54,943 nucleotides of DNA from the NCBI GenBank assembly GCA_964252035.1, contig CAXUOO010000113.1; one strand, 5' to 3'. The stretch comes from Podarcis erhardii. Its lineage: Eukaryota. Both the position numbers and the translations under genes were made by a program. Every line of letters starts with the position of its first letter. Position 1 is the first letter of the stretch. Of this stretch, positions 41,401 through 53,130 are shown one piece after another. The notes beneath the pieces were generated by a model. It did not search any database, was not told the origin of the DNA, and saw nothing but the letters and a program-made list of their open reading frames with translations.

Positions 41401-44400
41401 CTTTGAGCACTGTTTATCTACTAGCTCATGGAGGGGATGGCATCGTATATATTACTACTTGTTTCATCTAAAATTGTATATGTTTCTGCAAGCAAAACAT
41501 CAAAAAGAGCGTGTACTCTTACGGCGCCTTATGCGTAGTGGAAAGGGTGCGATCGGATGAGTAAATCCAGCACAAGCATATGTTTGATTATAATTGTGGA
41601 AGATTGAACAGCAATCTCGAAGTGTCACATTGCAAAGAAGTTAACTGTGTCACCTGGATGTCAGATGCTTGAACAAAGTGCCTGTTTTGACTAATTGAAT
41701 ATGCTTACAAGTGAACCGGGTACTAAGGTGTAAAGCAGAAGTAGTTTTCTTCACGTCGCAGCATGTTCATTGCAGACTCTGCGATCCATTGTGTATTCTC
41801 AGGACGTGAGCTGCTCAGCACGTCTGTGACTCCGCGGTACTTAAGAAAGGTTGCACAGCAGGAGTTTCAAGGGTTGCCTTGCATAGTAGATATACTGAGT
41901 TACATACAAGCCATACGCATTAGAGCAGTGCATGAATCAACTAATTGTCTCTTTTGATTAAGAAATACACACCACTATAACAAACTAAGACGAAGGCTCT
42001 TTCAAGTGGCATTACTTTCATTCAGGCTGCGTTTTTGATTGTATATTTTGTGCGAATGATAGTCTAGCACGTTTTCGAGCTTCACAGTCTCAGAGGAGAG
42101 TTGTCCAGCAGTAATTGTAGACGCGCAAACTAGATGTATCGAGCTATGCGAATGTCAGAAGTACTAAAGCAGCGCTTGCTCTGACTGCCTGGTTGTGCTA
42201 ACATATATCCATACCATGAGAATGAGCTGCCAGTTTTTCTTTCGCAAATGCAATATGTCTTTTGCATGCTGCGCCGTCGGCCTATATTCTAAAGCATTGA
42301 GCCGTGCATAGCAGATTTTCGGTGCACGAATTCTCTGTGAACGCTTACAAAGCAACAACTGTGTAAGCACTGCTGCAAACTATGTATCTGGTATTCCGTG
42401 GAAAGTACCTATTTATATACAAGTACGTAGATGATTCAAGAATGTCTACGCGTTTGCAAACACAGAAGTTTACTTACAAAAAAGTGTTTTTCGTACGGGA
42501 AGAGGTCGTCAAATAAACTGCAGGCTGTGTGCCGTCGAATCTGTCTATGACCAGGAAGTGAGCCATGCAGCGGGGTTTCCCTGTTCAAGAAATTTATGAA
42601 CGGATGCACAACAGCAGTTGTAGAGCCTTGGGATGAAAACTATATAGCTTATAGTCATTGATGACAGCACTTGATATAGCAGAACGCTAATCGCTTAGTA
42701 GTGAGTGTCTGTGTGTGTTTGAAATTGCAGCGTGAGATTAGAGAGAACGCGTGGATTTTCATGGCGCGTTACTAATAATGGGAGTTGTGCGGCCGAATGC
42801 ACAGTTTTAGAAAGGGGTTCAGAAAATCAAAGCCGTATTTATGAAGGTCTGCAAGGCAGCATTTTCAAGGCGTCCCATTGCAATATAGGTAGAGTGCGTT
42901 CCACGGGATTCAAGCGTGTTACAGCAGCGCGCGTCTGCTGATTGCTTGATTGTGTAATCACAGCTCAATAATGAAGTACGAGTATTGTTCTTTACAATGA
43001 ACTTCGTATACTCTCAGGCTGCTTTATCGAATGTATACTGCTAAAAAATGAGCCTTGCATCAAAGTTTCGGTGCTTGAAGTATTTGTAAACATTTGCAGG
43101 GGAATTCTTGCATTGGCGTGCATTGAACTCTGGTTATCTGATAGTTCATATAAATAGCATCTGGTGTATCAGTATATGAATCATACAAAACTGTATTTAC
43201 GTTTGCAAGCATAGCATTGAAAGAATTGTGTACCGGTATGGAGCGCTAAATGTAAATCAAACTGGACGGTCGCGTATCTTTGTACGTCGCATATATACGG
43301 AGGGTTGCGCAGCATTAGCTTCAAGTATCAGATTGTAAACAACATATGCTGTGCTATTTGAGTACCAGCAATATACAGCTTATACGGTTAGACAAGTTGT
43401 ATGTTTTGAATGAAACAGTAGGAAAAGCTGAAAGTGCTTCTCATCAGACTGGATTACATTCATCTCGGGCTGCGGGACCAAATGCATATTCCTAACAGAA
43501 ATGAATGAAGAAAATTTTTAAGTTTCAACATGTTTGCACGGAATGCAGTTCAGAAATTTCAGACGCTCTTTTCGCAAGCTAGGTCTACTTTTCTCAAAGG
43601 TATTAGAGCAGCGCATGCTTAGTCCTGCATCTCGGAGGTTACACATCCGAACAGCGTGAGAATGAAACGTACGATGAAATACGATATTTTTCAGGCTGTT
43701 CCGTGGAGTGTACATTCGCAGGAAGCCAGCCTTGGAGCATGGTGTCGTTCGTCGATGTATTTTCGATTGGCTGTATAGCAACAATTGTATAGGCTCGCTT
43801 TGAGCACTGTTTATCTGGTAGCTCATGGAGGGGATGGCATCGTATATATTACTACTTGTTTCATCTAAAATTGTATACGTTTCTGCAAGCAAAACATCAA
43901 AAAGAGCGTGTACTCTTACGGCGCCTTATGCGTAGTGGAAAGTGTGCGATCGGATGAGTAAATCCAGCACAAGCATATGTTTGATTATAATTGTGGAAGA
44001 TTGAACAGCAATCTCGAAGTGTCACATTGCAAAGAAGTTAACTGTGTCACCTGGATGTCAGATGCTTGAACAAAGTGCCTGTTTTGACTAATTGAATATG
44101 CTTACAAGTGAACCGGGTACTAAGGTGTAAAGCAGAAGTAGTTTTCTTCACGTCGCAGCATGTTCATTGCAGACTCTGCGATCCATTGTGTATTCTCAGG
44201 ACGTGAGCTGCTCAGCACGTCTGTGACTCCGCGGTACTTAAGAAAGGTTGCACAGCAGGAGTTTCAAGGGTTTCCTTGCATAGTAGATATACTGAGTTAC
44301 ATACAAGCCATACGCATTAGAGCAGTGCATGAATCAACTAATTGTCTCTTTTGATTAAGAAATACACACCACTATAACAAACTAAGACGAAGGCTCTTTC

Positions 44401-47400
44401 AAGTGGCATTACTTTCATTCAGGCTGCGTTTTTGATTGTATATTTTGTGCGAATGATAGTCTAGCACGTTTTCGAGCTTCACAGTCTCAGAGGAGAGTTG
44501 TCCAGCAGTAATTGTAGACGCGCAAACTAGATGTATCGAGCTATGCGAATGTCAGAAGTACTAAAGCAGCGCTTGCTCTGACTGCCTGGTTGTGCTAACA
44601 TATATCCATACCATGAGAATGAGCTGCCAGTTTTTCTTTCTCAAATGCAATATGTCTTTTGCATGCTGCGCCGTCGGCCTATATTCTAAAGCATTGAGCC
44701 GTGCATAGCAGATTTTCGGTGCACGAATTCTCTGTGAACGCTTACAAAGCAACAACTGTGTAAGCACTGCTGCAAACTATGTATCTGGTATTCCGTCGAA
44801 AGTACCTATTTATATACAAGTACGTAGATGATTCAAGAATGTCTACGTGTTTGCAAACACAGAAGTTTACTTACAAAAAGTGTTTTTCGTACGGGAAGAG
44901 GTCGTCAAATAAACTGCAGGCTGTGTGCCGTCGAATCTGTCTATGACCAGGAAGTGAGCCATGCAGCGGGGTTTCCCTGTTCAAGAAATTTATGAACGGA
45001 TGCACAACAGCAGTTGTAGAGCCTTGGGATGAAAACTATATAGCTTATAGTCATTGATGACAGCACTTGATATAGCAGAACGCTAATCGCTTAGTAGTGA
45101 GTGTCTGTGTGTGTTTGAAATTGCAGCGTGAGATTAGAGAGAACGCGTGGATTTTCATGGCGCGTTACTAATAATGGGAGTTGTGCGGCCGAATGCACAA
45201 TTTTAGAAAGGGGTTCAGAAAATCAAAGCCGTATTTATGAAGGTCTGCAAGGCAGCATTTTCAAGGCGTCCCATTGCAATATAGGTAGAGTGCGTTCCAC
45301 GGGATTCAAGCGTGTTACAGCAGCGCGCGTCTGCTGATTGCTTGATTGTGCCCACGTGTAATCACAGCTCAATAATGAAGTACGAGTATTGTTCTTTACA
45401 ATGAACTTCGTATACTCTCAGGCTGCTTTATCGAATGTATACTGCTAGAAAATGAGCCTTGCATCAAAGTTTCGGTGCTTGAAGTATTTGTAAACATTTG
45501 CAGGGGAATTCTTGCATTGGCGTGCATTGAACTCTGGTTATCTGATAGTTCATATAAATAGCATCTGGTGTATCAGTATATGAATCATACAAAACTGTAT
45601 TTACGTTTGCAAGCATAGCATTGAAAGAATTGTGTACCGGTATGGAGCGCTAAATGTAAATCAAACTGGACGGTCGCGTATCTTTGTACGTCGCATATAT
45701 ACGGAGGGTTGCGCAGCATTAGCTTCAAGTATCAGATTGTAAACAACATATGCTGTGCTATTTGAGTACCAGCAATATACAGCTTATACGGTTAGACAAG
45801 TTGTATGTTTTGAATGAAACAGTAGGAAAAGCTGAAAGACTGGATTACATTCATCTCGGGCTGCGGGACCAAATGCATATTCCTAACAGAAATGAATGAA
45901 GAAAATTTTTAAGTTTCAACATGTTTGCACGGAATGCAGTTCAGAACTTTCAGACGCTCTTTTCGCAAGCTAGGTCTACTTTTCTCAAAGGTATTAGAGC
46001 AGCGCATGCTTAGTTCTGCATCTCGGAGGTTACACATCCGAACAGCGTGAGAATGAAACGTACGATGAAATACGATATTTTGCAGGCTGTTCCGTGGAGT
46101 GTACATTCGCAGGAAGCCAGCTTTGGAGCATGGTGTCGTTCGCCGATGTATTTTCGATTGGCTGTATAGCAACAATTGTATAGGCTCGCTTTGAGCACTG
46201 TTTATCTGGTAGCTCATGGAGGGGATGGCATCGTATATATTACTACTTGTTTCATCTAAAATTGTATATGTTTCTGCAAGCAAACATCAAAAAGAGCGTG
46301 TACTCTTACGGCGCCTTATGCGTAGTGGAAAGTGTGCGATCGGATGAGTAAATCCAGCACAAGCATATGTTTGATTATAATTGTGGAAGATTGAACAGCA
46401 ATCTCGAAGTGTCACATTGCAAAGAAGTTAACTGTGTCACCTGGATGTCAGATGCTTGAACAAAGTGCCTGTTTTGACTAATTGAATATGCTTATAAGTG
46501 AACCGGGTACTAAGGTGTAAAGCAGAAGTAGTTTTCTTCACGTCGCAGCATGTTCATTGCAGACTCTGCGATCCATTGTGTATTCTCAGAACGTGAGCCA
46601 CGCAGCACGTCTGTGACTCCGCGGTACTTAAGAAAGGTTGCACAGCAGGAGTTTTAAGGGTGCCTTGCATAGTAGATATACTGAGTTACATACAAGCCAT
46701 ACGCATTAGAGCAGTGCATGAATCAACTAATTGTCTCTTTTGATTAAGAAATACACACCACTATAACAAACTAAGACGAAGGCTCTTTTAAGTGGCATTA
46801 CTTTCATTCAGGCTGCGTTTTTGATTGTATATTTTGTGCAAATGATAGTCTAGCACGTTTTCGAGCTTCACAGTCTCAGAGGAGAGTTGTCCAGCAGTAA
46901 TTTTAGACGCGCAAACTAGATGTATCGAGCTATGCGAATGTCAGAAGTACTAAAGCAGCGCTTGCTCTGACTGCCTGGTTGTGCTAACGTATATCCATAC
47001 CATGAGAATGAGCTGCCAGTTTTTCTTTCGCAAATGCAATATGTCTTTTGCATGCTGCGCCGTCGGCCTATATTCTAAAGCATTGAGCCGTGCATAGCAG
47101 ATTTTCGGTGCACGAATTCTCTGTGAACGCTTACAAAGCAACAACTGTGTAAGCACTGCTGCAAACTATGTATCTGGTATTCCGTGGAAAGTACCTATTT
47201 ATATACAAGTACGTAGATGATTCAAGAATGTCTACGTGTTTGCAAACACAGAAGTTTACTTACAAAAAGTGTTTTTCGTACGGGAAGAGGTCGTCAAATA
47301 AACTGCAGGCTGTGTGCCGTCGAATCTGTCTATGACCAGGAAGTGAGCCATGCAGCGGGGTTTCCCTGTTCAAGAAATTTATGAACGGATGCACAACAGC

Positions 47401-50400
47401 AGTTGTAGAGCCTTGGGATGAAAATTATATAGCTTATAGTCATTGATGACAGCACTTGATATAGCAGAACGCTAATCGCTTAGTAGTGAGTGTCTGTGTG
47501 TGTTTGAAATTGCAGCGTGAGATTAGAGAGAACGCGTGGATTTTCATGGCGCGTTACTAATAATGGGAGTTGTGCGGCCGAATGCACAGTTTTAGAAAGG
47601 GTTCAGAAAATCAAAGCCGTATTTATGAAGGTCTGCAAGGCAGCATTTTCAAGGCGTCCCATTGCAATATAGGTAGAGTGCGTTCCACGGGATTCAAGCG
47701 TGTTACAGCAGCGCGCGTCTGCTGATTGCTTGATTGTGCCCACGTGTAATCACAGCTCAATAATGAAGTACGAGTATTGTTCTTTACAATGAACTTCGTA
47801 TACTCTCAGGCTGCTTTATCGAATGTATACTGCTAGAAAATGAGCCTTGCATCAAAGTTTCGGTGCTTGAAGTATTTGTAAACATTTGCAGGGGAATTCT
47901 TGCATTGGCGTGCATTGAACTCTGGTTATCTGATAGTTCATATAAATAGCATCTGGTGTATCAGTATATGAATCATACAAAACTGTATTTACGTTTGCAA
48001 GCATAGCATTGAAAGAATTGTGTACCGGTATGGAGCGCTAAATGTAAATCAAACTGGACGGTCGCGTATCTTTGTACGTCGCATATATACGGAGGGTTGC
48101 GCAGCATTAGCTTCAAGTATCAGATTGTAAACAACATATGCTGTGCTATTTGAGTACCAGCAATATACAGCTTATACGGTTAGACAAGTTGTATGTTTTG
48201 AATGAAACAGTAGGAAAAGCTGAAAGACTGGATTACATTCATCTCGGGCTGCGGGACCAAATGCATATTCCTAACAGAAATGAATGAAGAAAATTTTTAA
48301 GTTTCAACATGTTTGCACGGAATGCAGTTCAGAACTTTCAGACGCTCTTTTCGCAAGCTAGGTCTACTTTTCTCAAAGGTATTAGAGCAGCGCATGCTTA
48401 GTTCTGCATCTCGGAGGTTACACATCCGAACAGCGTGAGAATGAAACGTACGATGAAATACGATATTTTGCAGGCTGTTCCGTGGAGTGTACATTCGCAG
48501 GAAGCCAGCCTTGGAGCATGGTGTCGTTCGTCGATGTATTTTCGATTGGCTGTATAGCAACAATTGTATAGGCTCGCTTTGAGCACTGTTTATCTGGTAG
48601 CTCATGGAGGGGATGGCATCGTATATATTACTACTTGTTTCATCTAAAATTGTATATGTTTCTGCAAGCAAAACATCAAAAAGAGCGTGTACTCTTACGG
48701 CGCCTTATGCGTAGTGGAAAGTGTGCGATCGGATGAGTAAATCCAGCTCAAGCATATGTTTGATTATAATTGTGGAAGATTGAACAGCAATCTCGAAGTG
48801 TCACATTGCAAAGAAGTTAACTGTGTCACCTGGATGTCAGATGCTTGAACAAAGTGCCTGTTTTGACTAATTGAATATGCTTACAAGTGAACCGGGTACT
48901 AAGGTGTAAAGCAGAAGTAGTTTTCTTCACGTCGCAGCATGTTCATTGCAGACTCTGCGATCCATTGTGTATTCTCAGGACGTGAGCTGCTCAGCACGTC
49001 TGTGACTCCGCGGTACTTAAGAAAGGTTGCACAGCAGGAGTTTCAAGGGTTGCCTTGCATAGTAGATATACTGAGTTACATACAAGCCATACGCATTAGA
49101 GCAGTGCATGAATCAACTAATTGTATCTTTTGATTAAGAAATACACACCACTATAACAAACTAAGACGAAGGCTCTTTCAAGTGGCATTACTTTCATTCA
49201 GGCTGCGTTTTTGATTGTATATTTTGTGCAAATGATAGTCTAGCACGTTTTCGAGCTTCACAGTCTCAGAGGAGAGTTGTCCAGCAGTAATTGTAGACGC
49301 GCAAACTAGATGTATCGAGCTATGCGAATGTCAGAAGTACTAAAGCAGCGCTTGCTCTGACTGCCTGGTTGTGCTAACATATATCCATACCATGAGAATG
49401 AGCTGCCAGTTTTTCTTTCGCAAATGCAATATGTCTTTTGCATGCTGCGCCGTCGGCCTATATTCTAAAGCATTGAGCCGTGCATAGCAGATTTTCGGTG
49501 CACGAATTCTCTGTGAACGCTTACAAAGCAACAACTGTGTAAGCACTGCTGCAAACTATGTATCTGGTATTCCGTGGAAAGTACCTATTTATATACAAGT
49601 ACGTAGATGATTCAAGAATGTCTACGCGTTTGCAAACACAGAAGTTTACTTACAAAAAAGTGTTTTTCGTACGGGAAGAGGTCGTCAAATAAACTGCAGG
49701 CTGTGTGCCGTCGAATCTGTCTATGACCAGGAAGTGAGCCATGCAGCGGGGTTTCCCTGTTCAAGAAATTTATGAACGGATGCACAACAGCAGTTGTAGA
49801 GCCTTGGGATGAAAACTATATAGCTCATAGTCATTGATGACAGCACTTGATATAGCAGAACGCTAATCGTTTAGTAGTGAGTGTCTGGGTGTGTTTGAAA
49901 CTGCAGCGTGAGATTAGTGAAAACGCGTGGATTTTCATGGCGCGTTACTAGTAATGGGAGTTGTGCGGTCGAATGCACAGTTTTAGAAAGGGGGTTCAGA
50001 AAACCAAAGCCGTATTTATGAAGGTCTGCAAAGCAGCATTTCCCAGGCGTCCCATTGCAATATAGGTATAATGTGTTCCACGGGATTCAAGCGTGTTACA
50101 GCAGCGCGCGTCTGCTGATTGCTTGATTGTGCCCACGTGTAATCACAGCTCAATAATGAAGTACGAGTATTGTTCTTTACGATGAACTTCGTATACTCTC
50201 AGGCTGCTTTATCGAACGTATACTGTAAAAAATTCAGCCTTGCATCAGCGTTTCGGTGCTTGAAGTATTTGTGAACATTTGCAGGGGAATTCTTGCATTG
50301 GCGTGCGTTGAACTCTGGTTATCTGATAGTTCATATAAACTAGCATCTGATATATCAGTATATGAATCATACAAAACTGTATTTTCGTTTGCAAGCATAG

Positions 50401-53130
50401 CATTGAAAGAATTGTGTACCGGTATGGAGCGCTAAATGTGAATCAAACTGGACGGTCGCGTATCTTTGTACGTCGCATATATACGGAGGGTTGCGCAGCA
50501 TTAGCTTCAAGTATCAGATTGTAAACAACATATGCTGAGCTATTTGAGTACCAGCAATATACAGCTTATACGGTTAGACAAGTTGTATGTTTTGAATGAA
50601 ACAGTAGGAAAAGCTGAAAGTGCTTCTCATCAGACTGGATTACATTCATCTCGGGCTGCGGGACCAAATGCATATTCCTAACAGAAATGAATGAAGAAAA
50701 TTTTTAAGTTTCAACATGTTTGCACGGTATGCAGTTCAGAAATTTCAGACGCTCTTTTCGCAAGCTAGGTCTACTTTTCTCAAAGGTATTAGAGCAGCGC
50801 ATGCTTAGTTCTGCATCTCGGAGGTTACACATCCGAACAGCGTGAGAATGAAACGTACGATGAAATACGATATTTTTCAGGCTGTTCCGTGGAGTGTACA
50901 TTCGCAGGAAGCCAGCCTTGGAGCATGGTGTCCGTTCGCCGATGTATTTTCGATTGGCTGTATAGCAACAATTGTATAGGCTCGCTTTGAGCACTGTTTA
51001 TCTGGTAGCTCATGGAGGGGATGGCATCGTATATATTACTACTTGTTTCATCTAAAATTGTATATGTTTCTGCAAGCAAAACATCAAAAAGAGCGTGTAC
51101 TCTTACGGCGCCTTATGCGTAGTGGAAAGTGTGCGATCGGACGAGTAAATCCAGCACAAGCATATGTTTGATTATAATTGTGGAAGATTGAACAGCAATC
51201 TCGAAGTGTCACATTGCAAAGAAGTTAACTGTGTCACCTGGATGTCAGATGCTTGAACAAAGTGCCTGTTTTGACTAATTGAATATGCTTACAAGTGAAC
51301 CGGGTACTAAGGTGTAAAGCAGAAGTAGTTTTCTTCACGTCGCAGCATGTTCATTGCAGACTCTGCGATCCATTGTGTATTCTCAGGACGTGAGCTGCTC
51401 AGCACGTCTGTGACTCCGCGGTACTTAAGAAAGGTTGCACAGCAGGAGTTTCAAGGGTTGCCTTGCATAGTAGATATACTGAGTTACATACAAGCCATAC
51501 GCATTAGAGCAGTGCATGAATCAACTAATTGTCTCTTTTGATTAAGAAATACACACCACTATAACAAACTAAGACGAAGGCTCTTTCAAGTGGCATTACT
51601 TTCATTCAGGCTGCGTTTTTGATTGTATATTTTGTGCGAATGATAGTCTAGCACGTTTTCGAGCTTCACAGTCTCAGAGGAGAGTTGTCCAGCAGTAATT
51701 TTAGACGCGCAAACTAGATGTATCGTGCTATGCGAATGTCAGAAGTGCTATAGCAGCGCTTGCTCTGACTGCCTGGTTGTGCTAACGTATATCCATACCA
51801 TGAGAATGAGCTGCCAGTTTTTCTTTCGCAAATGCAATATGTCTTTTGCATGCTGCGCCGTCGGCCTATATTCTAAAGCATTGAGCCGTGCATAGCAGAT
51901 TTTCGGTGCACGAATTCTCTGTGAACGCTTACAAAGCAACAACTGTGTAAGCACTGCTGCAAACTATGTATCTGGTATTCCGTGGAAAGTACCTATTTAT
52001 ATACAAGTACGTAGATGATTCAAGAATGTCTACGTGTTTGCAAACACAGAAGTTTACTTACAAAAAGTGTTTTTCGTACGGGAAGAGGTCGTCAAATAAA
52101 CTGCAGGCTGTGTGCCGTCGAATCTGTCTATGACCAGGAAGTGAGCCATGCAGCGGGGTTTCCCTGTTCAAGAAATTTATGAACGGATGCACAACAGCAG
52201 TTGTAGAGCCTTGGGACGAAAACTATATAGCTTATAGTCATTGATGACAGCACTTGATATAGCAGAACGCTAATCGCATAGTAGTGAGTGTCTGTGTGTG
52301 TTTGAAATTGCAGCATGAGATTAGAGAGAACGCGTGGATTTTCATGGCGCGTTACTAATAATGGGAGTTGTGCGGTCGAATGCACAGTTTTAGAAAGGGG
52401 GTTCAGAAAACCAAAGCCGTATTTATGAAGGTCTGCAAAGCAGCATTTCCCAGGCGTCCCATTGCAATATAGGTATAATGTGTTCCACGGGATTCAAGCG
52501 TGTTACAGCAGCGCGCGTCTGCTGATTGCTTGATTGTGCCCACGTGTAATCACAGCTCAATAATAAAGTACGAGTATTGTTCTTTACGATGAACTTCGTA
52601 TACTCTCAGGCTGCTTTATCGAACGTATACTGTAAACAATTCAGCCTTGCATCAAAGTTTCGGTGCTTGAAGTATTTGTAAACATTTGCAGGGGAATTCT
52701 TGCATTGGCGTGCATTGAACTCTGGTTATCTGATAGTTCATATAAATAGCATCTGGTGTATCAGTATATGAATCATACAAAACTGTATTTAAGTTTGCAA
52801 GCATAGCATTAAAGGAATTGTGTACCGGTATGGAGCGCTAAATGTAAATCAAACTGGACGGTCGCGTATCTTTGTACGTCACGTATATACGGAGGGTTGC
52901 GCAGCATTAGCTTCAAGTATCAGATTGTAAACAACATATGCTGTGCTATTTGAATACCAGCAATATACAGCTTATATGGTTAGATAAGTTGTATGTTTTG
53001 AATGAAACAGTAGGAGAAACTAGGATTGCTTCTCATCAGGCTGGATTACATTCATCTTGGGCTGCGCGACCAAATGCAATTTCTAACAGAAATGAATGAA
53101 GAAAATTTTTGAGTTTCAACATGTTTGCAC
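32408..53130. repeat. Homogeneous ~2.4-kb higher-order repeat: 8 complete copies plus 1 partial
   Basis: Unit starts (CAGGCTGCGTTTTTGATTG) at 32408, 34809, 37213, 39616, 42023, 44420, 46809, 49199 and 51607, giving unit lengths 2401, 2404, 2403, 2407, 2397, 2389, 2390 and 2408. The ORF track independently shows the same 68-aa ORF nine times at this spacing. Confidence 0.98.

Noticed and set aside
32549-52385. Repeated 62-124 aa ORFs in the HOR as a tandem gene family
   Set aside because: They recur because the DNA is near-identical. They are disrupted by 1-bp indels between copies, overlap on both strands and show no recognisable domain.
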